A stretch of DNA of 64,000 nucleotides, taken from assembly GCA_963667665.2 (NCBI GenBank), contig OY763927.2, forward strand, positions 1,410,303-1,474,302, in the 5' to 3' direction. The notes beneath the pieces were generated by a model. It was given only the letters and a program-made list of their open reading frames with translations. It was not told the origin of the DNA and searched no databases. Below, piece after piece: positions 11,354 to 20,224 of the stretch (the stretch's first letter is position 1; each line of letters begins with the position of its first letter). This stretch comes from Nitrosopumilus sp. (lineage in GTDB: Archaea; Thermoproteota; Nitrososphaeria; Nitrososphaerales; Nitrosopumilaceae). The translations under genes and the position numbers were made by a program.

Positions 11354-12490
11354 TTAAATAGTTTCACATAAAGGATTAGCTTTGACAATAATTAGATTAG
11401 AATCTTGTTTGGTTTTTTCAATATTGTCAAGATCAGTTTTTGAACATGCCACAACAATTGTTGTTTTATCACTATGAAAAAGATCAAAATTTGGATCTTC
11501 ATAAGCTTCTACATCACCTATATAATCACGTAATCTTGAGGTTAAATTTTGGAGCATTTCGATTTTATCTCCACGCATTGCATGTTGATCAAGAGTCCAA
11601 GATAATGCAATTTTAGTTTTACTAGCTTTAAGATCATTTTTCTTTAACGTTGTTCGAATTTCATCAATTAATCTCTTGATATATCCATCAATTCCTTTTA
11701 CACTTCCATTGATTAGATACATGAGAGTATTTGCACCCTCAAATGAAGAGCCTAAAGTTTTTAGATCTAAAAGCCCGCTAACCATATCATCAAGAAATAT
11801 TTCTTGAAAATCATCTGAGGATAGGTCACTTTTGGTAATTTCATCTTGTGCATACTTGCATACCTCTAAAACACTACACAAACTAGAAAATCTAGTTAGC
11901 GTGTTTATAGCATGAAAATGTTCTGATGATGAAATGGCAACAAATCTTTTCTCATTTTTAGTCATTGTGAGTAAATCAGATAATTTAGGATCTTTTTTTC
12001 CATTAAAAGAGCCAATAATCTTTGGTTGATGATTTAGATCTTCCAAGGGATAATAAAAATAAGAAACTGATTTTCCTACCTGAAGACCTGTTACATGTTC
12101 CAGTAATGAAATATTTTCATTGTTTCCTCCAAATCCTGTTGGAAGAGTAAAAACAACTGAACTATTCTTCTTTAATGATTTTATTGCATCCTTAAATTTT
12201 GAATGAATTTCAGTTTTAGTATCTTGTCCTGTTTTTCTAATTCTTGGAGTAAAGAAAAGATATTGAGCTTTGGAAACAGCTACATCAATAGGTTCCATGG
12301 CCAATAATGGCTCATCTTCTTTTAGAGAAGATACATTTGGATAAGTTTTAGCTATTTCTGCTTTAAGTGAAATTGCTGAAGGAGTGGATTCATCTATAAT
12401 GAAAACATCAGCACCTTTGATTGCCATTTGAGATGCAATAGCATATCCTTCTGTACTTAGGCCATAAACAACAACTTTTGCTCCCCCCAT
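11354..12490 (-). CDS. degenerate UDP-glucose/GDP-mannose dehydrogenase-like protein
   Basis: N-terminal Rossmann-like VVVYGLSTEGYAIA and spaced remnants of family motifs (TLPTGFGG, YYPLE, KIALSW...RGD). No GGxC catalytic motif. Confidence 0.5.
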   Translation of the reverse strand: MGGAKVVVYGLSTEGYAIASQMAIKGADVFIIDESTPSAISLKAEIAKTYPNVSSLKEDEPLLAMEPIDVAVSKAQYLFFTPRIRKTGQDTKTEIHSKFKDAIKSLKKNSSVVFTLPTGFGGNNENISLLEHVTGLQVGKSVSYFYYPLEDLNHQPKIIGSFNGKKDPKLSDLLTMTKNEKRFVAISSSEHFHAINTLTRFSSLCSVLEVCKYAQDEITKSDLSSDDFQEIFLDDMVSGLLDLKTLGSSFEGANTLMYLINGSVKGIDGYIKRLIDEIRTTLKKNDLKASKTKIALSWTLDQHAMRGDKIEMLQNLTSRLRDYIGDVEAYEDPNFDLFHSDKTTIVVACSKTDLDNIEKTKQDSNLIIVKANPLCETI

Positions 12491-12554
12491 TACACTTTCA
12501 GCTAGTAATAGACTAAGAAAAACTTATTGAACTTGATATAATTATGAAAATTAC

Positions 12555-13586
12555 TTGAAAATATGGATAGATATTCTTACACCTAAACAATTATTGTTTT
12601 TTGAACCTATGATGAACAAATTGGGTAAAAAACACAAGGTTTTATGCACAACAAGAAAATATCGAGAAGTAGATCAATTAGCAAAAATTAGAAAAATTAG
12701 AGTAAAAGTTATTGGAAAACACGGAGGAGCCAAAAATTCTGATAAATTAAGAGCAAATCTCAACAGAATGAAACTTTTGATGCCAATTATTGAAAAATTC
12801 AAACCAGATGCGACAATTAGTTTTTGCTCACCAGATGCTGCGAGAGTATCATATGGATTAAAAATTAAACATGTAGCTTTTTGTGATGCACCTCACGCTG
12901 AAGCTGTTATGAGATTAACTATTCCATTAATTCAGAAATTACTTATTCCATGGATCATCCCCAAAAAAGAATTTACAAAATTTGGAATATCTCCAAAGAA
13001 CATTATTCCTTACAGAGCAATAGATGCTGCATTAATTATTTCTCAAAAGTCAAAAAAGAAAACAATTCCCATAATTTTTAAAAAAGGAACAAATATTTTG
13101 CTTAGAACTCATGAATCAAATGCATCATATGCAAAAGAAAAAATTAATGTGATTGAAATAATTAGAAAACTTTCAGAAATTGAAAATATCAACATCATAG
13201 TTTTGGGAAGATATTCAGAAGAAATTAAAAAATTAAAAAAGAAAACGTTTGATCGTGTGTTTGTATTGAATAAATCTGTAGATAGTGGAGAAATTTTAGA
13301 AGTGACAGATATTTTTATAGGATCAGGGGGTACTATGACTGCAGAAGCCGCTCTTAGGGGAATTCCTACATTTTCTTATAATGCAATTCCAAATATCATT
13401 GAAGAGTATTTAGTTAAAAAGAAATTAGTAACAAGAATTAATGATGTAAGTAAACTTGATAAAAAAATTTTAAGAGTTTTAACTAAAAAATCAAATTCAA
13501 TCAAAAATCTTGCAACAAAGGAATTCAATTCGATGGAAAATCCAATAAAAAAACTTGAACTAGTTTTACGAATGCTTAATGAATAA
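12555..13586 (+). CDS. DUF354 family (GT-B-like, putative glycosyltransferase/epimerase-related) protein
   Basis: MKIWIDILTPKQ N-terminus, SFCSPDAARVSYGL, FIGSGGTMTAEAALRGIPTFS. Confidence 0.8.
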   Translation: MKIWIDILTPKQLLFFEPMMNKLGKKHKVLCTTRKYREVDQLAKIRKIRVKVIGKHGGAKNSDKLRANLNRMKLLMPIIEKFKPDATISFCSPDAARVSYGLKIKHVAFCDAPHAEAVMRLTIPLIQKLLIPWIIPKKEFTKFGISPKNIIPYRAIDAALIISQKSKKKTIPIIFKKGTNILLRTHESNASYAKEKINVIEIIRKLSEIENINIIVLGRYSEEIKKLKKKTFDRVFVLNKSVDSGEILEVTDIFIGSGGTMTAEAALRGIPTFSYNAIPNIIEEYLVKKKLVTRINDVSKLDKKILRVLTKKSNSIKNLATKEFNSMENPIKKLELVLRMLNE

Positions 13587-13621
13587 CATTTTAAAGGAAA
13601 TTAGAATACAAAATTTGCAGC

Positions 13622-13694
13622 AGCCCGGTAGTGTAGAGGTCAAGCATATGGGCCTTTGAAGCCCGTGACGCCAGTTCGAGTCTGGCCCGGGCTA
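13622..13694 (+). tRNA. tRNA-Gln (anticodon TTG), 73 nt, A1:U72 pair
   Basis: AGCCCGG...CCGGGCTA acceptor stem; anticodon arm TGGGC-CTTTGAA-GCCCG; T-arm GCCAG-TTCGAGT-CTGGC. Confidence 0.95.
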
Positions 13695-13695
13695 C

Positions 13696-13701
13696 TTTTT
13701 T
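13696..13701 (+). terminator. oligo-T tract after tRNA-Gln (possible archaeal terminator)
   Basis: T6 starting 2 nt after the discriminator base. Confidence 0.4.
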
Positions 13702-13761
13702 GATATATTAAAAACTGTTGAAAGATTATATTTAATGTTCAAAGATTTGTTTTGAGCATAC

Positions 13762-15474
13762 TTGACATCAAATGATATAATTGTATTAGGTATTACTGAT
13801 GGCCATAACGCTGGTGCATGTCTTTTAAGAAATGGGATAATAGAATTTGCAATTTCTGAAGAGAGAATTTCAAGGATAAAAAATGAAGCAGGATATCCAA
13901 AATTATCTATTGAAAAAATTCTTGAATTATCAAATGTGAAAATTGAAGAGATTCATTCAGTAGCATTAGCTGGAAAATTTAGTCATGAAAAAAAATTCTA
14001 TTCAAATTGGGATTGGTATAAAGTTGATTATGAGAATCAATTAGAAGATAGTAAAAAAGCAAATACTGTTAATTTTGAAAATCGATTAAATGAAAGAAAA
14101 AAAGCTATTGTAAATCATCTCAAAGTTAATGAGGAAAAGATTTTTGTTGTAGAGCATCATCTATCACATGCAGCATCAGCTTATCTTGCATCTTCATGGA
14201 TAAATGATGAAGAGATTCTAGTTTTGACGTGTGATGGTTCAGGTGATGGAATTTGTGCAACTGTCAACATTGGAAAAAATGGGAAAATTAAAAGGATTTC
14301 TGAAACAAAAAATAGTGCATCTATTGGAAAAATCTATTCTAGAATTACATTGCTATTAGGAATGAAACCATGGGAGCATGAATACAAGATTATGGGATTA
14401 GCTCCATATGCAGATGAATCAGGAGTTAAAAGATCTAAGGATGTTTTTGATGAACTAATTGAAGTAAAAGAATCAAGTTTGGAATTCAATACAAAGACAA
14501 AATTATCTATGAATTATTGTTACGAATTTCTAAAAACAAGACTGGAAAATCACAGATTTGATTGGATTGCAGGAGGAATTCAACAAATCACTGAAGAAGT
14601 TTTAAAAAAATGGGTCATAAATGCTTTGAAGAAAACAGGATGTAGAAAAATGGTTTGTTCAGGTGGAGTATTTATGAATGTAAAAGCAAACATGCATCTT
14701 TCTGAATTAGAACTTGTTGATGATATTTTCATTTTTCCTAGTGGTGGAGATGAATCACTTGCAATGGGTGCAGCAATGCATGTTTATTCAGAAATTCTTG
14801 AAAAGATCGGAGAGAAAATTCACTTAGAACCATTAGGGCCGATTTATTTGGGAATGGAGTTTACAAATTCAGAAATTGAAGATGAAATTAAGAAGAGTGA
14901 ATTAGAAGGATATTCAGTAGAGTATGTTAAAGATATAGAAAAACAAACAGCAGAATTATTATCAAAAGGAGAAATTGTTGCTAGATTTAATGATAAGATG
15001 GAATGGGGAGCCCGTTCATTAGGAAACAGGAGTATTCTTGCAGATCCAAGCAGTTTTGAGAAAGTAAGAGAAATTAATTTAGCAATTAAACAACGAGATT
15101 TTTGGATGCCTTTTGCACCTTCTATTATTTCAGAAAAACAGGAAGAATATATTGAAAATCCAAAAAAAATCAAGGCCCCTTACATGATGATGGGATTCCA
15201 TACAAAAGAACGAGCGCATAAAGAATTAACATCAGCAATTCATTCTTATGATTTTACTGCAAGACCACAACTTCTTGAAGAAAAATTCAATAGTTCATAC
15301 TATAATCTAATTAGAAATTTTGAAAAACATACTGGAATTCCAGCATTATTAAATACTTCATTTAATCTTCATGGATATCCTATTGTCTGTGCTCCAATTG
15401 ATGCAATAACTACTCTAACAAAATCAGGATTAAAGCACCTAGCTCTAGGAAATTATTTGATTAGTAAAAAATAA
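13762..15474 (+). CDS. NodU/CmcH/TobZ-family O-carbamoyltransferase
   Basis: GITDGHNAGA, EERISRIK, EHHLSHAASA, DGSGD, EYKIMGLAPY, GGVFMNVKAN, EWGARSLGNRSILADP, KQRDFWMPFAPS, LNTSFNLHG; TTG start. Confidence 0.92.
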   Translation: MTSNDIIVLGITDGHNAGACLLRNGIIEFAISEERISRIKNEAGYPKLSIEKILELSNVKIEEIHSVALAGKFSHEKKFYSNWDWYKVDYENQLEDSKKANTVNFENRLNERKKAIVNHLKVNEEKIFVVEHHLSHAASAYLASSWINDEEILVLTCDGSGDGICATVNIGKNGKIKRISETKNSASIGKIYSRITLLLGMKPWEHEYKIMGLAPYADESGVKRSKDVFDELIEVKESSLEFNTKTKLSMNYCYEFLKTRLENHRFDWIAGGIQQITEEVLKKWVINALKKTGCRKMVCSGGVFMNVKANMHLSELELVDDIFIFPSGGDESLAMGAAMHVYSEILEKIGEKIHLEPLGPIYLGMEFTNSEIEDEIKKSELEGYSVEYVKDIEKQTAELLSKGEIVARFNDKMEWGARSLGNRSILADPSSFEKVREINLAIKQRDFWMPFAPSIISEKQEEYIENPKKIKAPYMMMGFHTKERAHKELTSAIHSYDFTARPQLLEEKFNSSYYNLIRNFEKHTGIPALLNTSFNLHGYPIVCAPIDAITTLTKSGLKHLALGNYLISKK

Positions 15475-15530
15475 TATAAGATTTTTGACAACCATATGAT
15501 AACTTAATATTAATTTCATCATGAGATAAT

Positions 15531-16916
15531 ATGTTGTCTGGAAATAATGGGATTTTAGATTTAGAAATTGAAGAGTTTGAAAAAAAGGTTCAAAATAATG
15601 ATATTAAAATTTCAGTCATAGGATTAGGGAGAATTGGATTACCCACATCAGTAGTTATTGCAAGAGCCAATTTTTCTGTAATTGGAGTAGACATTAATCA
15701 TGAAATTGTAGAATTTGTGAATAATGGTAAATTACGAATTAATGATGAACCAGGATTAGAAGACGCATTAAAAAAAGTAATAGAAAATAAAAAATTTATT
15801 GCTACAACAAAAATTAGTGAATCAGTAAAAAATTCAGATATAATTATTGTTTGTTTGCCAACTCCTCTTGAAAATAAATCTAAAAAAATAGATTATCAAT
15901 TTTTGTTAAAAGGTTGTTCTGAAATTGCAAAATTTATGAAAAAAAATTCATTGGTAATTATAGAAAGTACAGTAGGACCAGGAATTGTTGAAAATGAGGT
16001 CGTTCCAGTTTTAGAAAAAGAAAGTCATCTTGTAGCTGGAAAAGATTTTGGTGTCGCTAGTTGCCCTGAACGAGCAAATCCATCTACTATTCTAACAGAT
16101 TTCAATAAAATTCCAAGAGTGGTAGGTGGAATAAATGACAAAAGTACAAAATTTGCTTCAAAATTATATCAATTTGTTTTTAAAATTAAAGTTATTTCTG
16201 TTAAAAATTGTAAAACTGCAAACGCAGTTAAAGTTGTAGAAAATGTTTTCAGAGATGTAAATGTTGCATTTATCAATGAAATAGCAATTTTTTGTGATAG
16301 AATGGGAATAGATGTAAATGAATTGATTGAAGGTTGTAAAACAAAATATAATTTTATTCCTCATTTTCCTGGTCCAGGTGTTGGTGGACCATGTCTACCA
16401 GTAAATCCTTATCAATTACTAGATGCTCCAGAATCAAAAGATATTCTTCAAATAGTTAGAACTGCAAGAATAATAAACTCCGAAATGCCAAAATATGTAA
16501 TAGAATTACTAACGGGTGCATTAAAAGAAATAAGCAAAAATTCTGAAATTATTACAATTGCTATTTTAGGTATTTCATATAAACCAAATGTAGGCGATAC
16601 TCAATTAACTCCAATTAAAGAAGTTATTCAAAAACTTAAACAAATGAATTTCAAAATAAAGATTTTTGATCCATATTTTATCAATAAAGAATTTTCTTCA
16701 ATAAAAATTGAAGAAAATTTTAAAAATGCAGTTATTGATTGTGATGTAGTAATTTTAGGTACAGATCATGATGAATTTTTGAATATAGATTACAAAGTAC
16801 TAAAAGATCTAATGAATTCTCCTGGAATTGTAATTGATACTAGGGGTAAGCTATCACCATTAGAAATTAGAAATGTTGGATTAGTTTTTAGAGGTATTGG
16901 TAGGTCAGGAAAATAG
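15531..16916 (+). CDS. nucleotide-sugar dehydrogenase (WecC/WbpA-like UDP-HexNAc dehydrogenase)
   Basis: GLGRIGLP, CLPTP, ESTVGPG, CPER, KVVENVFRDVNVAFINE, PGPGVGGPCLP (catalytic Cys), GISYKPNVGD. Confidence 0.9.
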   Translation: MLSGNNGILDLEIEEFEKKVQNNDIKISVIGLGRIGLPTSVVIARANFSVIGVDINHEIVEFVNNGKLRINDEPGLEDALKKVIENKKFIATTKISESVKNSDIIIVCLPTPLENKSKKIDYQFLLKGCSEIAKFMKKNSLVIIESTVGPGIVENEVVPVLEKESHLVAGKDFGVASCPERANPSTILTDFNKIPRVVGGINDKSTKFASKLYQFVFKIKVISVKNCKTANAVKVVENVFRDVNVAFINEIAIFCDRMGIDVNELIEGCKTKYNFIPHFPGPGVGGPCLPVNPYQLLDAPESKDILQIVRTARIINSEMPKYVIELLTGALKEISKNSEIITIAILGISYKPNVGDTQLTPIKEVIQKLKQMNFKIKIFDPYFINKEFSSIKIEENFKNAVIDCDVVILGTDHDEFLNIDYKVLKDLMNSPGIVIDTRGKLSPLEIRNVGLVFRGIGRSGK

Positions 16917-16918
16917 AT

Positions 16919-17680
16919 TCAAAAGTCTAATTTTGTAAGAAGTTTTGAAGCAATGACAAAAAGAACAGATGCAATTCCCACAAGAATTATCATTTCATAA
17001 ATTACAAATTCAGTGATAGTTCCAAAAATTCCTGCTCTAATTACATCAACAAGATAAGTTAATGGATTTAGATAAAACGCAGTACGTAATGGCTCCGGAA
17101 CTCCATCAGCTGGATAAAATGCAGTACTAACAAAAGCGAAGAATAGAAAAACAGTGTTAATAACTACATTAAATCCCTCACTTGAGCGTAATCTGGTAGA
17201 AATTATTGATGCCAATGAGCCAAATAATACAGAACCAGTAATTGCTCCAAAAATAATTATTGGAATTGTAACAAATGAAAATTCTACAGATTCAAAAAAC
17301 ACTGGATAACCAACCACAACTATCAAAGATGCACTTACTAATCCAATTATGCCTATAGTACAGATATTGCTAAGAATATAATGACTCCTTGTAAATGGCC
17401 CAGACATAATTTGTTCAAACATTCCATGTCTTCTGTCATTCCAAATTAGAATTCCAGAAATAAGCGTGCTATTCATGATATTAAATCCAATCATACCTGA
17501 TGCCAAAAATGCAGGATAATCAAGATCTTTACCACCAAAAGGAACTTCATTAATTAATGGTGCATATGCAAAGCCTGCAACAAAAATATAGATTAAAGGA
17601 AAAATTACTTGCCAAATTAAAAATCCAGGATTAAGAGAGATTGTTAGATTTCTATTTACTAATCTAATTATTGGATGCAT
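16919..17680 (-). CDS. ABC-2 type transporter permease
   Basis: Six hydrophobic segments, FYPADGVP, LNPLTYLVDVIR. Confidence 0.9.
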   Translation of the reverse strand: MHPIIRLVNRNLTISLNPGFLIWQVIFPLIYIFVAGFAYAPLINEVPFGGKDLDYPAFLASGMIGFNIMNSTLISGILIWNDRRHGMFEQIMSGPFTRSHYILSNICTIGIIGLVSASLIVVVGYPVFFESVEFSFVTIPIIIFGAITGSVLFGSLASIISTRLRSSEGFNVVINTVFLFFAFVSTAFYPADGVPEPLRTAFYLNPLTYLVDVIRAGIFGTITEFVIYEMIILVGIASVLFVIASKLLTKLDF

Positions 17681-18602
17681 TTTCTTTCACCATATTCAAA
17701 AAGATCTCTTCTAGATTTGTTGGCATAGCTGACAGATCTTCAACCTCTATACTGTTATCATTGAGTATTTTTAATACTTGTAATAATACTAATTCTGATT
17801 GCTCTGAATGAATAACTATGTTAGTTCCAGTATCAAAATCAATTTTACAGTCTGAAATCCCAGATAAGAGAGAAGAAATTTTAGATTGTTTTTCTAATAA
17901 ATGAATTTTGATAGTTTTTTCTTTTCCAAATCTTTTCTTTAATGCATCAGGAGAATCAACAGTAATTATTTTTCCCTTGTCAATTATTGCTATTTGATCA
18001 CAAAGGTATTCAGCTTCAGTTAGAATGTGTGTTGTATAAAAAATTGTTAATCCCATTTTTACTTTATTTTTTAAATAATCTAATAGTTTTCTTCTAGCAC
18101 TTGGATCTAAACCAGCAGTAGGTTCATCTAAAAACAATAATTCCATATCATGCATAAATTCACGTGCAACTTGGACTCTTCTTCGTTGACCAATTGAAAG
18201 ATCTTCATTTCTTTTTTTACGAATTTCAACGAGATCAAAATCTTTCAAAAGTTGCTCCATTCTTTGTTTACGTTCAATTTTTTGAATATTCCACATCATT
18301 CCATATTTATCAAGAGATTTTTCTACAGACAGAGTAGGTTCATAGCTTGGTTGTTGTAAGACAACGCCAATTTTATGACGAATTTTTAGAGGATTTTTGA
18401 TAGCATTTATGCCCAGAATAGAAAGAGAGCCACTTGAAGGTGGAATTAACGTTGTTAGTAGTTTGATGGTAGTTGATTTTCCAGCACCATTAGGACCTAA
18501 AAATCCAAAAACTTGACCTGATTTTACAGATAAGACAAGATCATCTACTGCTTTGACTGAACCATATGATTTTGACAGGTGATTAACATCAATACAAGAC
18601 AT
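17664..18602 (-). CDS. ABC transporter ATP-binding protein (DrrA-like)
   Basis: GPNGAGKST, LSIGQRRR, LFLDEPTAGLDP, TTH. Confidence 0.93.
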   Translation of the reverse strand: MSCIDVNHLSKSYGSVKAVDDLVLSVKSGQVFGFLGPNGAGKSTTIKLLTTLIPPSSGSLSILGINAIKNPLKIRHKIGVVLQQPSYEPTLSVEKSLDKYGMMWNIQKIERKQRMEQLLKDFDLVEIRKKRNEDLSIGQRRRVQVAREFMHDMELLFLDEPTAGLDPSARRKLLDYLKNKVKMGLTIFYTTHILTEAEYLCDQIAIIDKGKIITVDSPDALKKRFGKEKTIKIHLLEKQSKISSLLSGISDCKIDFDTGTNIVIHSEQSELVLLQVLKILNDNSIEVEDLSAMPTNLEEIFLNMVKENASNN

Positions 18603-18826
18603 ACCAAAACTGCGATCATCCCACTAATTTAGTTAATGAGTCTATTCAGCATTAGTTTTTGTAGAAATGGACTAAATCTAAATAAAACATGTTCAAAATT
18701 CAAAAATTTTAGATTTTATCAGTTTAATCTTTAAAGAACTAATTAGAAAGCGATCAAATTTAATAAAAAATGAATTTTATGATCTAATGAAATTTTTATT
18801 AATAGAACAAGTTTACCAACAATGAA

Positions 18827-20224
18827 TTGTCTGAATTTGAAAATCTTATTAAAAAATTACTAGAACAAAAACCTGAATTAACTAAAGAAGTTGTAGAAGA
18901 GCAAATTAAACAGAAGAAAGAAAAAATTGGTGCTGGATACTTGACAGATCAAGGAGCTCTATTTTTAATTGCATCTGATTATGGAGTTACATTATCAGAA
19001 CCGCTAAAAGTTGAAATGAGCTTAAAAGATCTATATGCTGGAGCGAAAGAAATTTCATTAGAAACAAGAGTTTTGAATTTATCACCAGCAAAGCAATTTT
19101 CAAGAAAAGATGGTTCTCCATTTTATCTTAGAACAATGACAGTATACGATGAAAATTCTACAGCAAGTGTAAAGTTATGGGACGAAAAAGCAAATTTGCC
19201 AGGTGTTGAAAATCTCAAACCAGGAGATTTAATCAAAATCATAAAGGCATATGTAAAATCGGATCTTGATGGTTCACCTACAATAAACATTGGCTCTGGC
19301 TCAAATATTGAAACCACAGATACAAAAAGTGAAATTCCAACTATTGATACTATTACAAAAGATATTAGTGAACTACAAGAAGGACAAAAAGATCTTGTAA
19401 TTTCAGGAACAATTGATGGGTTAATCAGTGGAATGGAGTTTACAAATTCTCGTGGAAAGCCTGGAAAAGCACTCAGAATGAGACTAAAAGGAAAAGATGG
19501 TAATGCCATGAGAGTTGTTCTATGGGGAAAAGATGAATCATCTATCCCAAATATGATTTCTCAATCTGCTAAAGTAAGATTACTCGGAGTTAAAGTAAGA
19601 TCAGGAAATCAAGGATCAGAAATCCATGGTAATGATGCAACTATAATTGAGATTGAAGGAGGAAAAGAAGTAGGACCAATAATTGCAAGGGTTCTTTCAA
19701 TATCAACTACAGAAAATGGTAAAAAAATGATTTTAGCTGTTGATAATCAAAAAAACCAATACAGCATTAGTGATTTTGTAAACTCTACTGATATTTGTGC
19801 AGAAGGAGATGTAATAGAATGCATGCCATCAAAAGTTTATGGAAATTCAATTATATTAGATAAAAATTCGTTTGTAAGAAAACTAGACAATGATGAATCT
19901 ATTCCATCACTATCTCAACTTAGAACAAAAATTAATGATGTTAAAGTAGATGGAAGTTATTGTATTGAATGCATAATACTAAAAGCTCCTGAAAGACGTG
20001 AAGTTCAAACAAAATCTGGAGAATCAATAGCATTATCAGAATTGTTTGTTGAAGATGATACAAGTCAAATTTGGGTAAAAGGTTGGAGGAATCAAGCAAG
20101 GATAATTGACAAATGCGAATTGGGAGAAATAGTATCAATTACAGGACTAAATGCTAAAGCAGGACTTGAAGGTAGAATAGAGCTATTTGTTTCAGCATTT
20201 TCTAAAATTACAAAGAAAAATTAA
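18827..20224 (+). CDS. replication protein A / multi-OB-fold ssDNA-binding protein
   Basis: GAGYLTDQGALFLIA N-terminus and repeated OB strands (SVKLWD, RVVLWG, WVKGWR). Confidence 0.85.
   Translation: MSEFENLIKKLLEQKPELTKEVVEEQIKQKKEKIGAGYLTDQGALFLIASDYGVTLSEPLKVEMSLKDLYAGAKEISLETRVLNLSPAKQFSRKDGSPFYLRTMTVYDENSTASVKLWDEKANLPGVENLKPGDLIKIIKAYVKSDLDGSPTINIGSGSNIETTDTKSEIPTIDTITKDISELQEGQKDLVISGTIDGLISGMEFTNSRGKPGKALRMRLKGKDGNAMRVVLWGKDESSIPNMISQSAKVRLLGVKVRSGNQGSEIHGNDATIIEIEGGKEVGPIIARVLSISTTENGKKMILAVDNQKNQYSISDFVNSTDICAEGDVIECMPSKVYGNSIILDKNSFVRKLDNDESIPSLSQLRTKINDVKVDGSYCIECIILKAPERREVQTKSGESIALSELFVEDDTSQIWVKGWRNQARIIDKCELGEIVSITGLNAKAGLEGRIELFVSAFSKITKKN

Noticed and set aside
13622-18602. 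Integrated mobile element at tRNA-Gln (also considered at tRNA-Leu and tRNA-Gly)
   Set aside because: I saw no duplicated tRNA 3' end, integrase, transposase or terminal repeats. Kept only as a possible accessory islet.
18760-18802. 10-bp inverted repeat TTAATAAAAA/TTTTTATTAA upstream of the RPA gene
   Set aside because: Pure A/T sequence in an AT-rich gap, expected by chance. No ORB-like G-string or cdc6 nearby to suggest an origin.
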